Notes: a model not told the origin generated them from the letters alone. A stretch of DNA of 64,000 nt from Actinomycetes bacterium (GCA_023389095.1 JAEWFB010000486.1:312-64311), one strand, 5' to 3'; numbered from the stretch's first letter, positions 29,273 through 38,502 are shown. A program made the numbers and translations.

Positions 29273-30018
29273 TGCCCGCCGTCGAGAGGGCAGCGTCGAC
29301 GAGCCCGCGGTCCCGGCCGGTGGAGGCCGGCCCCAGGAGCAGCCCGGGGGACGAGGACATCGACTGGGTCGCCGACCTCTCCGGTGACGGCCCTGGGCAC
29401 GTTGCAGCCTTGCGAGAGCTCCACGCCCTGATGCTGCGCGCGTGCGGCCACCAGGTGTGGCGGATGCGCGACGCCCTGCCGGACACGTCCCCGGAGGCCG
29501 TCGAGGTCGTCGTCAACCAGGCGGCCGACGAGGCCATGACCGTGCTGCTCGGCAAGCTGCAGACCTTCGAGGGCCGAAGCCGCTTCACGACCTGGGCCTT
29601 CAAGTTCGCGATCCTGCAGACCGCCACCGAGGTCCGGCGCCTCCAGTGGCAGCACCGCGAGGTGCGGCTGCGCGATCTGGACGACCGGCCGGCCTCGGTA
29701 GGGGACGATCCCGGGCTGCGCGCCGAGGGCGCAGCGCTCGCCGATGCCGTCGCGGACGCGATGCGACGCGTCCTCACGCCGTACCAGCGACGCATCGCGG
29801 TCGCCCTGCTCGTCGACGCGGTGCCGATCGACGTGCTCGCGGAACGGCTCGGGACGACCCGTGGAGCCCTCTACAAGACGCTCCACGACGTCCGCGTCCG
29901 CCTGCGGCGCGAACTGATGGCGCGAGGGTACCTCGCTGCGGCGCAGAAGGATTCGGTGCCACCCGCTACGTCGGACCCCCGCGACGACTCCGCTCGGACC
30001 TCGGGAGGGACCAGATGA
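29272..30018 (+). CDS. ECF RNA polymerase sigma factor
   Basis: Region 2 (FEGRSRFTTWAFKFA) and region 4 (LTPYQR...LAERLGTTRGALYKTLHDVR..LR). Confidence 0.88.
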   Translation: MPAVERAASTSPRSRPVEAGPRSSPGDEDIDWVADLSGDGPGHVAALRELHALMLRACGHQVWRMRDALPDTSPEAVEVVVNQAADEAMTVLLGKLQTFEGRSRFTTWAFKFAILQTATEVRRLQWQHREVRLRDLDDRPASVGDDPGLRAEGAALADAVADAMRRVLTPYQRRIAVALLVDAVPIDVLAERLGTTRGALYKTLHDVRVRLRRELMARGYLAAAQKDSVPPATSDPRDDSARTSGGTR

Positions 30019-30254
30019 GCCAGACACCGCGCGAACGCACGCCATCGCTGAACCTGCGGTCCGTCGACGCGCTGATCCTGGACACCAAGCCATGGCTCTC
30101 GTGCGACGAGTGCTTCGAGCGCATGGACGCCTACGCCGAGGCGGTGGTCCACGACTCGGACGAGACGGACCTGGCCATGGCACGCCACCTCGAAGGATGC
30201 ACGGCCTGCCAGGAGGAGGCCCGGTCACTCATCGCCCTGCTCAGGGGTGAGTGA
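30015..30254 (+). CDS. Soluble zinc-binding anti-sigma (ZAS) protein
   Basis: SCDECF and HLEGCTAC (HxxxCxxC). ATGA overlap with sigma. No transmembrane helix. Confidence 0.8.
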   Translation: MSQTPRERTPSLNLRSVDALILDTKPWLSCDECFERMDAYAEAVVHDSDETDLAMARHLEGCTACQEEARSLIALLRGE

Positions 30255-30281
30255 CCTGCCGAGCATCCGCAGGAAGTCTTT

Positions 30282-30509
30282 TCAGAGGTAAAGGGTGACG
30301 TAGTTGTCGTCGTAGTCGTCGCCACCATTGGCCATGGCCAGTGTGCGTCCGCGGTTGATGTTGGACTCGGCGGTGGCAACGGCGCACCTCCCGCAGAGAT
30401 CGCCCCCGACGTAGCGGTCGTAGTCCAATTCGTCGTCGAACTCCGCCTGGTATTCGGCGCGCGCTTCCGCGACGTCGAAAGTGGAAGTGCACTCATTGCA
30501 TCTCGCCAT
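30282..30509 (-). CDS. 75-aa acidic protein with two CxxC motifs (putative zinc ribbon)
   Basis: MARCNEC...LCGRC...DDYDDNY. Upstream TTCACA-N16-TACAGT lies 6 nt before the ATG (leaderless). Locally AT-richer DNA. Confidence 0.6.
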   Translation of the reverse strand: MARCNECTSTFDVAEARAEYQAEFDDELDYDRYVGGDLCGRCAVATAESNINRGRTLAMANGGDDYDDNYVTLYL

Positions 30510-30700
30510 GGCCGCACTGTACGCAAAAGGGCTCCCGTGTGAAGGGAAGGCGCTCGAAGTAATTCTTTCCTCGGCTATTCGGCGCTGATCTCTGAATGTG
30601 CAACCGCCCCGGCCGAAGCCTTCCGGCTTCTCGAGCCCATGGGCTCGGCGCCGACGCCGACGCCGACGCCGTCCCGTGGCGGAGGTCGTCGGAGACGGGT

Positions 30701-31813
30701 CTACTGGTCGGCGACCCATTCGCCGTAGAAGAGCGCGAGGCCGGCCGTGATGCAGATGCCGGCGATGATCCAGAACCGCGCCACGATCGTGACCTCGGAC
30801 CACCCGACCATCTCGAAGTGATGGTGGAGCGGGGCGATCCGGAACACTCTCTTTCCGGTGAGCTTGAAGCTGACGACCTGGATGATGACCGAGGCGGTGA
30901 CGATGACGAACAGACCGCCGAGGACCACCAGGAGCAGCTGCGTGTGGGTGAGGATGGCCAGTCCGGCCAAGGCGGCTCCCAGCGACAGGGAGCCGGTGTC
31001 GCCCATGATGATCTCGGCGGGCGACGTGTTCCACCAGAGGAACCCGAAGCAGGCGCCGCCGATCGCGCAGGAGATGACGGCCAGGTCGAGGGCATCGCCC
31101 ACGTCGTAGCAGTGGGGGCCCGGTGCGACCGAGCAGCCTTGGTTGTACTGCCACATGGCGATCACCGTGTAGGCGCCGAACACCATGACCGAGGCTCCGG
31201 TGGCCAGGCCGTCGAGACCGTCGGTGATGTTCACGCCGTTGGAGGCCCCCGCGATGAGCACGCTCGCCCACGCGATGAACAGGACCACCGCAACGACGGG
31301 TCCGGCGAACGCGAGATCGAGGCTGGTGTCCCTGATGAAGGAGATCGTCGTGGATGCGGGGGACCGTCCGTGCTGGTCGGTCAACAGCAGGGCGCTCAGG
31401 GCGAAGACGACGGTGACCAGCGTCTGGCCGATGAGCTTCTGCCTCCCCGTGAGGCCGAGGCTGCGTTCCTTGCGGATCTTGGTGTAGTCGTCGAGGAACC
31501 CGACCACCCCGAGTCCGGTGAGCAGGAAGAGCACGAGCAGGGCGCTGAGCGAGATCCCGTTGCGCGTGACCGTCAACGTCCCGGTGGCGGCCAGGAGCAG
31601 CAGCACCGCGTGCGAACCGAAGTAGCCGGCGAAGGCGGCCCCGATGATCACCGCCCCACCCATGGTGGGCTTTCCCCGCTTGACGTGGTGGTGGGTCAGG
31701 TCGTCGTGGATGAACTGGCCGTACCGTCGCCGGACGAGGAAGGCGATGAACGGTTTGGTGCAGAGCAGCGCCACCGCCATCGAGATGCCACCGGCGAGCA
31801 TGACGTTGATCAT
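30701..31813 (-). CDS. mraY: Phospho-N-acetylmuramoyl-pentapeptide transferase (orphan copy)
   Basis: GQFI...KRGKPTMGG, GFLDDY.K, NGVNITDGLDGLA, IIMGDTGSL and APLHHHFE..GW.E motifs. Confidence 0.92.
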   Translation of the reverse strand: MINVMLAGGISMAVALLCTKPFIAFLVRRRYGQFIHDDLTHHHVKRGKPTMGGAVIIGAAFAGYFGSHAVLLLLAATGTLTVTRNGISLSALLVLFLLTGLGVVGFLDDYTKIRKERSLGLTGRQKLIGQTLVTVVFALSALLLTDQHGRSPASTTISFIRDTSLDLAFAGPVVAVVLFIAWASVLIAGASNGVNITDGLDGLATGASVMVFGAYTVIAMWQYNQGCSVAPGPHCYDVGDALDLAVISCAIGGACFGFLWWNTSPAEIIMGDTGSLSLGAALAGLAILTHTQLLLVVLGGLFVIVTASVIIQVVSFKLTGKRVFRIAPLHHHFEMVGWSEVTIVARFWIIAGICITAGLALFYGEWVADQ

Positions 31814-31940
31814 CGGAGCTCTTCGCTGCCCTTCATCCGTGGTCGGAACGTACGGTTCACCTGAAGGGCCGGCGATCTGTTCCGTGGCCGCGGTGACGTT
31901 GCCGACCAACCCTAGGCCAGAGGCGGTGCGGGTCTCGGGC

Positions 31941-31965
31941 CGCCCGCATCAGGTCGATGCGGGCG
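31941..31965 (-). terminator. Hairpin downstream of the GNAT gene
   Basis: CGCCCGCATC-aggtc-GATGCGGGCG, a perfect 10-bp stem. Confidence 0.6.
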
Positions 31966-31989
31966 TGACTGCCGCTCGTCGGTCGATCG

Positions 31990-32322
31990 TCATTCGGTCA
32001 GGTGGGCCAGGGTGCAGTCGTCGAGCCAGCGACCGTCGCGGCCGAGAACGGCGAGGCGCTCGGTGCCCTCGAGGCGGAACCCGTTCTTGGTGAGGACGCG
32101 GATGGATGCGACGTTCTCGGCGAAGGCCTTCGCGACGACACGGCGGATCCCGGCCCGGTGCAGTGCGGTCACCAGCAACGCGGTTGCCGCGCTGGCGACG
32201 CCGCGGCCGGTGAAGACCTGGCACTCCGGTCGACGCTTGTAGTTCAGGAAGGCGGCCGCGTCGGCTTCCTCGGCCGGTCGCACCGTCACGCGACCGTCGG
32301 TCAGTGGCCAGGGGATCCTCAT
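31990..32322 (-). pseudogene. RimJ/RimL-type GNAT acetyltransferase with an in-frame internal deletion
   Basis: The N-terminus (RVTVRPAEEADA) joins directly to motif A (GRGVASAA) and then N.ASIRVL.KNGF..EG. The central beta strands are missing. Only 110 aa. Confidence 0.65.
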
Positions 32323-32383
32323 ACCGACCGGACCGTACCCGATGTCGTGAACGGAGCCCGTCGGTCGCCGATGGTCTGCGGGC

Positions 32384-32788
32384 CTAGGGCCTCTTGAGCT
32401 GGACGACGAGGGCCCAGAGGATCAGCGCGTTGAGGCCGATGATGAGGATCGCCCGGACCGGGTCGTACGGCAGCCACATGAACTGCGCGACGGCCGACAG
32501 GATGGCCACGGCCACGGCGATGATGAACGACCAGACCTTGCCGACCATCACAGCGATGCCCAGCCCGACGGCGGCCAGCCCGAGGACCAGCTGGATCCAG
32601 CCCCAGGTGGTCGTGTCGAACGCGTACACGTAGGCGCCGGTCAGCACGAAGCGCTGGTCGTTGACGACGGCCACGAGGCCCTCGAGTGCCTGGAACGACC
32701 CGACCGTGATGAGCAGCAGGCCCGCGAACACCGTCACGCCCGCGGCCCACTCGAGCGTGCTCTGTGACGGTTGTTTCGACATCGACAT
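32384..32788 (-). CDS. Four-TM membrane protein (DUF7144-like)
   Basis: W..G...FAG.LL...G.FQ..EG...D.TTWGWI.L..G...F.WLPY.P pattern. GGAGG RBS. Confidence 0.7.
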   Translation of the reverse strand: MSMSKQPSQSTLEWAAGVTVFAGLLLITVGSFQALEGLVAVVNDQRFVLTGAYVYAFDTTTWGWIQLVLGLAAVGLGIAVMVGKVWSFIIAVAVAILSAVAQFMWLPYDPVRAILIIGLNALILWALVVQLKRP

Positions 32789-32910
32789 CGCCCTCCAGAT
32801 GTGCCGTCGGCACGGCGTGGTCAGGGATGCGCCCAGCTCGAACGCTAGGTGAGCACGGCCGCGCTGACGTCATTCTTCGGAGGTGAGACGAGAGGCCCTC
32901 GGGAAGCGAC

Positions 32911-33939
32911 TCAGAGCTGCTGTTGGACCGGCTCCGAGGCGAACAGGTTGAGGCCGAGCCGCTCCGACAGGAACTTCGTGACCAGCTGTCCCCGCACGCT
33001 GTTGCCGGCCAGGTCCAGCGGAGGCGAGAAGGTGGCCAGCCCGCCCTTGCCGGGGGCCACGGTGACGATGCCCCCGCTCACGCCGCTCTTGCCGGGCACA
33101 CCGATCTCGTACAGCCAGTCGCCGGACAGCTCGTACAGACCGGCGGTCGCCATCACGGCGAGCACGCGCCGGCACACGCCTCGTGCGATGACCCGCTCCT
33201 GCGTCTGCGGGTTGACGCCGCCGTCGGACAGGGTCGCCGCCATCACCGCGAGGTCGTGGACGGTCACCTCGAGCGAACACTGGCGGGTGTAGACCTCCGT
33301 CGCCTCGTCGGGGTCGAAGTACAGGCGCCCGTAGCTGTTCAGCAGGTGGGCGATGCCCTGGTTGCGCATGTTGGAGCCGGACTCGGACGCGAACACCTCC
33401 TCGTTCACCGTCAGCTCGCGGCCCGCGAAGCGCGACAATCCTTCCCGGATGCGTTCGAACTTGGCCTCCGCGGTCGCGCCCGGCATCAGGCTGGTGGTGG
33501 CGATCGCCCCGGCGTTGACGAGCGGGTTCATCGTTCGGTCGTCGTTGAGCTCGACGGCCATGAGCGAGTCGAAGGGGAACCCCGTGCTGTTCACGCCGAG
33601 CCGGCGCCGCGCCGACTCGTAGCCGATCGCGTCGCACACCAGGGCGAAGACGAACGGCTTGGAGACGCTCTGGATCGAGAAGGTGGTGTCCACGTCCCCG
33701 ATCTCGAACGACGGCCCCCGGGCGCTGACCACGCAGATCCCGAACAGGTCGGGCGAGGCCTGGGCCAGCACGGGGATGTAGTCGGCGACCCGGCCCTCCG
33801 TCGTGCCCCGATACCGCTGGTAGGCCTCGGTGACGAGCTGCTCGACCTCCTCGGCCCGGGGCAGGTCACCGGTCGAGACGCGCGGCGGTGTCGTGGTCTC
33901 GTCGAAGGGGAGCGGCTGGTGCATGGAGAGCTGTGTCAT
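32911..33939 (-). CDS. glsA: Glutaminase
   Basis: ADYIP.LA, FSIQSVSKP (SxxK), NPLVNAGAI, YTRQCS, PGKSGVSGG and GNSVRG motifs. Confidence 0.93.
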   Translation of the reverse strand: MTQLSMHQPLPFDETTTPPRVSTGDLPRAEEVEQLVTEAYQRYRGTTEGRVADYIPVLAQASPDLFGICVVSARGPSFEIGDVDTTFSIQSVSKPFVFALVCDAIGYESARRRLGVNSTGFPFDSLMAVELNDDRTMNPLVNAGAIATTSLMPGATAEAKFERIREGLSRFAGRELTVNEEVFASESGSNMRNQGIAHLLNSYGRLYFDPDEATEVYTRQCSLEVTVHDLAVMAATLSDGGVNPQTQERVIARGVCRRVLAVMATAGLYELSGDWLYEIGVPGKSGVSGGIVTVAPGKGGLATFSPPLDLAGNSVRGQLVTKFLSERLGLNLFASEPVQQQL

Positions 33940-34125
33940 GGGGTCCCGCCCTTCGGTCCGTCGCGCTATCGAGGCTAGTCCGACGGTGGCCGCGCGGAGG
34001 TGGGGTCGAGAAGATCACCGCGTGCGGCGGGCGGCCGGGCACCATTTCGGTCGTCGGGCAGACCCTGGGTCCCCGCGGGCACGACAATGGAGCGGCAGTC
34101 CGAACCGCAGCGGGAGGCACACGGC

Positions 34126-34491
34126 ATGGCTTTCTCTGATGGGATCGAGCTGGCGGGAGAGGTCATCGACGTCGCCGGCGTCGCCGTCCTCGTGGTCGGC
34201 GCCGCGCTCGCGGCAGGCAAGGCTGCACTGAACTGGCGGGCCCATCGGCCCGACACCTACCGCCGGTTCCGGCAGCAGCTGGGGCGATCCATCCTGCTCG
34301 GCCTCGAGCTCCTGGTCGCCGCCGACATCATCCGCACCGTCGCGGTGACACCGACCGTCACCAACATCCTGGTCCTCGGACTGATCGTCCTCATCCGCAC
34401 CTTCCTCAGCTTCTCCCTCGAGCTCGAGATCTCGGGTCGCTGGCCCTGGCAGCAGGACCCGGAGGAACGGCGGCCTGCCGGGCAGGGATGA
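34126..34491 (+). CDS. DUF1622 membrane protein
   Basis: R..LGRSILLGLELLVAADIIRTV...IVLIRTFLSFSL..E..GRWPWQ. GGAGG RBS. Confidence 0.85.
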   Translation: MAFSDGIELAGEVIDVAGVAVLVVGAALAAGKAALNWRAHRPDTYRRFRQQLGRSILLGLELLVAADIIRTVAVTPTVTNILVLGLIVLIRTFLSFSLELEISGRWPWQQDPEERRPAGQG

Positions 34492-34519
34492 GCATCCCGC
34501 AACCACGCGAGCCCGACCC

Positions 34520-36259
34520 CTAGCGTGCCCTGAACGCGGCGACTGCCTCGTCGAGCGTCGCGAACACCCGGTCCTCGCCGATCAGGTCCAGCAGCCCGAA
34601 CCGCTCGAGCTCGGCGAGGACCTCCGTCCTGGCGGCAGCGACACCGAACACCACGCTCCGTCGGGACAGCTGTCTCGCGAGCTCGACCAGCGCCTCGCCG
34701 GCCGTGAAGTCGACGTCGTCGATCGCGTCGGCGAGCAGGACGAACCACTGTGGTCGCACCGGAGTGTCCACCAGCGCAAGGGATTCGGTGGTGAAGTGCG
34801 TGGCGTTGGCATAGAAGAGCCCGACTCCGAACCGGTAGATCACCAAGCCGGGCTCGGTCTGGGCGCCGGGCCGGGGCGGTACCTCCACAGGCCGGTCGCG
34901 CGGGCCGATCGTGATGACCGAGTCGTGCGGTTGGTAGTGGCGCCGAACGTGGTCGAGCAGGGAAAGGACGATGGCGAGCACGATGCCTTGCTCGACCCCG
35001 ACGCCCACCACGACGGCGGCCGTCACGGCCGCGATCCAGAACTCGTCGCGGCGCAGTCGCCAGACACCTCGCATGTGCCTGATGTCGATGAGCTTCACGC
35101 CGATGACGAAGACCACCGCGGCCAGCACCGCGTTCGGCATGTACTGCAGCGGCTTGGTCAGGAAGAGCAGGACGATCGCGACGGTCACAGCCATGGCCGT
35201 CATCGCGACCTGGCTCCTGCCCTTGGCCTCGTCCGCCATCTCCGTCTTCGTGGGGCTGCCGTTGACGACGAAGGTGCTGCTGACGCCGGCCGCGACGTTG
35301 GCGAGGCTGAGCCCGACGAGGTCGGTGTTCTCCTCGAACGTCTCCTGGTACTTGACCGCGTAGGCCCGAGACGTCGCGGCACTCTGCGCCAGGATGACGA
35401 GGAACATCGACGCGGAGACCGCGAGCAACGGCACGACCTCGCCCCATCCGACGCCGCTCGGCAGGCCCAGGGCGGGGAATCCGCTCGGCACGGGGCCGAG
35501 TACGGACACCCCATGACCCTGCAGGTCGAGCGCCCAGCTCAGCAGGATCGCGCCCGCCACGGCGACGAGGCCGCCGGGGACCGCCGGGATCCAGCGCTCG
35601 AACACCACGAGGGTCGCGATCACCCCGAGCGAGACCGCGAGGGTGGTCACCGACGTGTGGGGCAGCTCCTTCAGCGTGTCCCAGAACTTGATCAGCGTTC
35701 CCGAGACCTGGTCCGTGGCCACCGAGGGCGAGGGGACGCCGAGCAGGCCCGCCAGCTGGCCGAGAGCCACCTGGACGCCGACCCCGGTGAGAAAGCCGAC
35801 GAGGACGCTGCGTGAGATGAAGTCGGCGAGGAAGCCGAGCCGGGCGAAGCGGGCGAGCAGGAGCAGGCCGCCGGTGACGAGTGCCGCCAGGCTTGCGTGG
35901 GCCAGCCACTGGCTGGTGTCCGGCTGCAGCCCGGAGACCCCCAGGCCGGCGATACCGGCGTACAGGATGGCCGCCGTGGCGGAGTCTCCACCCACCACCA
36001 GGTGCCGCGACGAGCCGAACACGGCGAAGACGACGGCGGGCAGCAGGATCGTGTAGAGCCCGGTGATCACCGGGGTTCCGGCGATCTTGGTGTACCCCAT
36101 GACCTCGGGGATCGCGAGCGCCGCGAGGGTGACGCCTGCGACGAGGTCACGCGGGAGCTGTGATCGGTCGTAGGGCCGGATGCCCTGCAGGAGCGTGATG
36201 AAGCCGCCGCCCTCACGCCGCGCCGGAGCGCCCGGCGTGCGACGAGCTGGTCCGCTCAT
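34520..36259 (-). CDS. SulP/SLC26 anion transporter with STAS domain
   Basis: DLVAGVT...IPE.MGY..IAG...GLY, GSSRHLVVG, NGSPTKT and LFYANA...DVDFTA motifs. Confidence 0.9.
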   Translation of the reverse strand: MSGPARRTPGAPARREGGGFITLLQGIRPYDRSQLPRDLVAGVTLAALAIPEVMGYTKIAGTPVITGLYTILLPAVVFAVFGSSRHLVVGGDSATAAILYAGIAGLGVSGLQPDTSQWLAHASLAALVTGGLLLLARFARLGFLADFISRSVLVGFLTGVGVQVALGQLAGLLGVPSPSVATDQVSGTLIKFWDTLKELPHTSVTTLAVSLGVIATLVVFERWIPAVPGGLVAVAGAILLSWALDLQGHGVSVLGPVPSGFPALGLPSGVGWGEVVPLLAVSASMFLVILAQSAATSRAYAVKYQETFEENTDLVGLSLANVAAGVSSTFVVNGSPTKTEMADEAKGRSQVAMTAMAVTVAIVLLFLTKPLQYMPNAVLAAVVFVIGVKLIDIRHMRGVWRLRRDEFWIAAVTAAVVVGVGVEQGIVLAIVLSLLDHVRRHYQPHDSVITIGPRDRPVEVPPRPGAQTEPGLVIYRFGVGLFYANATHFTTESLALVDTPVRPQWFVLLADAIDDVDFTAGEALVELARQLSRRSVVFGVAAARTEVLAELERFGLLDLIGEDRVFATLDEAVAAFRAR

Positions 36260-36269
36260 GCGCGCCGAC

Positions 36270-37682
36270 CTAGATGTCGGCGGTCGCCGTGAGCCGTCCC
36301 GACCGGATGGCTCCGACGAACTCCTGGTGGTCGCGTTCGTTCTGGTCGGCGTAGCGCCTGGCGAAGTTCACCATCGCCTTGTCGAAGGTGTCGGACTCGC
36401 CGAGGTAGGCCGCGATGGCCACCGGGTCGCCGGACCGGGCATGCGCTCGAGCCAGGGTCCACCCGCACAGGTGACCGTAGTAGCCGAGCGCCGTCGGGCC
36501 CATCTGCTCGACGAGGGCCGACAGCTTCATGTCGCGCAGCTGACGCCAGTAGTAGTGCCGTGTCACGTCGAGCCCCCTGCTCCAGCCGAGGAAGATGTCG
36601 CTGGCCGCCTGCATCATGCGCTGGCCCTGGACGACTCGTTCGCCGGGCTGGTTGAAGCGGCTCCGGGGGAGGTGGTCCTCGAGCACTGACGTCGTGGCCT
36701 CCTTGACCTGCAGGAAGAGGGGGTCCGTGTCGTCGCGGCCCTGCAGCAGCACGATGAACGCACGCGTCCCCACGCTGCCGACGCCCACGACCTTGCGTGC
36801 GGCGTCGACGAACTGGAACTTCTCCAGCAGCCGCCTCCGGTCGTCGTCGAGTGACGCGCGATAGGCGTGGAAGATCTCGCGGATGGCGCGCTCCTGGTCG
36901 TCGCCGGAGAGGCCGTACGTCGCCGACAGCTCGCGCATCGGCACGATGGTGGGTGGCTGGCTGATGATCCGGTACGTGCCGTCCACCTTCTCCGCCAGCT
37001 TCGACAGCGCCTGGATGCTGTCTCGTGTGCGGGCCTTGTCGATGTTCTTCTCGCTGCGCCTGAGGGCCTTCGCGTCCGCCTTGGTCTTGGCGATCGCCTT
37101 CGCTCCGGCAACGACGTCCTCCTCCTCGAGGCGGGCGTACCACACGTCCAAGGTCCGCATCTCGGCGAAGCTCGCCATCGCCTCGCGGTAGGCCGCCACG
37201 CTGGCACGGCTCACGGCCTTCACATCCTTCTTCGCGAAGCCGTTGCTGCGTGCCGCGATGGTGAAGCTCGCCACCATCCGCTTCACGTCGTACTCGAACG
37301 GGCCCGGGAGCGTCTCGTCGAAGTCGTTCAGGTCCAGCAGCAGCCGCCGTTCCGGCGACGCGAAACCCCCGAAGTTGGACAGGTGCGCATCCCCGCACAG
37401 CTGCACGTTCAGGCCGGCGCGCGGCGAGGTGCGCAGGTCGGACGCCATGACCCGTGCGGCGCCGCGGTAGAACGTGAAGGGCGACACGGCCATCCGCCCG
37501 TGCCGCACCGGCAGGAGGTCAGCGTCGCGGGTCGCGTTCTGCTCTTCCAGCAGTGCGACGGGGGAGGGGCGACCGGAGTCGGGCGTCCAGCCGCGATGGC
37601 TCGTGACCGGGGTGCGGTCAGCGGCTTGCCGTCCGCGCGCTCGGCGCTCGTCAAGTGTCAGGTGCTGCACCTTGGTCGGCAT
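36270..37682 (-). CDS. DUF2252 family protein (kinase-like motifs)
   Basis: RHGRM..SPFTFYRGAA, CGDAHLSNFG, DLNDFDE, KVVGVGSVG, LQVKEA, RQLRDMK and LARAHARSG motifs. Confidence 0.9.
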   Translation of the reverse strand: MPTKVQHLTLDERRARGRQAADRTPVTSHRGWTPDSGRPSPVALLEEQNATRDADLLPVRHGRMAVSPFTFYRGAARVMASDLRTSPRAGLNVQLCGDAHLSNFGGFASPERRLLLDLNDFDETLPGPFEYDVKRMVASFTIAARSNGFAKKDVKAVSRASVAAYREAMASFAEMRTLDVWYARLEEEDVVAGAKAIAKTKADAKALRRSEKNIDKARTRDSIQALSKLAEKVDGTYRIISQPPTIVPMRELSATYGLSGDDQERAIREIFHAYRASLDDDRRRLLEKFQFVDAARKVVGVGSVGTRAFIVLLQGRDDTDPLFLQVKEATTSVLEDHLPRSRFNQPGERVVQGQRMMQAASDIFLGWSRGLDVTRHYYWRQLRDMKLSALVEQMGPTALGYYGHLCGWTLARAHARSGDPVAIAAYLGESDTFDKAMVNFARRYADQNERDHQEFVGAIRSGRLTATADI

Positions 37683-37938
37683 CGACGCCCACCTCCCACG
37701 GCCCGTCGGCGGGGCAGCAGCCCTCGAGCCTGCCTGTCACAGTGGCGACCCGAGGCCGGCTCGCGTCTGCCAGAGCGAAAACCTGTGTGCGGCCAAGGCT
37801 ATCCGGGGGTGGGTGTGGCAGGGACTGGTTTCGACCGTCTACACAGCCACGGGAGACGACCGCGTCGAGGTACCGGGAGACGAACGGGGGCAGACGGGGT
37901 CATACGGCCGAGGAGACCGAGGGCGTGCCGGACGCCGG

Positions 37939-38502
37939 TCAGTCAGGTGCCGCCAGGGCGGGGTGGTCGGTGGGGTAGATGCCGATCGCGAACCCGTACG
38001 TGGTCTCGCCGGATCGCGGCATGCGGTCGAACGTGTCGACGAGGTCTGCCATCTGGTCCCAGAACGCCGAGGCCTGGTCCGCGGAGATGCGCGCATGCCG
38101 GATGAAGCCCCAGAGCCTTCCCTGCTCGAACGCCGTCGCCGACTCGTGGGCAGCCACCTCGAAGTCGTTGAAGTCGCCGGTCACGTCCGGGCTCGCGGCA
38201 CCAGGTTCGGCGGCCACGTAGAACAGGCGCGCCGTGCGTCCGTAGAACCGCTCCTCGATCGCCCGGACCCGTCGCGTGCGCACCACCTGGAGGAGGCCGT
38301 TGCGGGTGAGCACGTCCACATGGTGCGCAACGGTGCTCTTGGGGCGCTCGACCGCGGCCGCGAGCTCGGTGACCGTCGCGGCCCGCTCGTGGAGCAGCTG
38401 CAGGATGGTGGTGCGAAGCGGGTGACCGATGGCCTTGACCTGGTCCGGCGTGGTCAGCGCCAGGCGGTCGGCGAGCGCGTAGTCCGGGGGGTTGTTCTCC
38501 AC
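37939..38502 (-). CDS. ArsR-like winged-HTH transcriptional regulator
   Basis: KAIGHPLRTTIL.LL.ER.ATVTELA......KSTVAHHV..L...GL..VVRTRRVRAIEERFYGRTA. Start codon uncertain (GTG 38502). Confidence 0.82.
   Translation of the reverse strand: MENNPPDYALADRLALTTPDQVKAIGHPLRTTILQLLHERAATVTELAAAVERPKSTVAHHVDVLTRNGLLQVVRTRRVRAIEERFYGRTARLFYVAAEPGAASPDVTGDFNDFEVAAHESATAFEQGRLWGFIRHARISADQASAFWDQMADLVDTFDRMPRSGETTYGFAIGIYPTDHPALAAPD

Noticed and set aside
30645..30672. GCCGAC tandem repeat as a CRISPR or functional repeat
   Set aside because: Only about three hexamer units with no spacers. Ordinary low complexity in GC-rich DNA.
32845..32890. TCATTC...AGGTGA imperfect palindrome as a LuxR-type box for the glutaminase cluster
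   Set aside because: Too degenerate, with no clear second copy and no cognate regulator in the window.
37683..37938. Possible riboswitch or ncRNA in the 255-bp region upstream of DUF2252
   Set aside because: No recognisable aptamer consensus or convincing terminator. An Rfam/Infernal scan would be needed.
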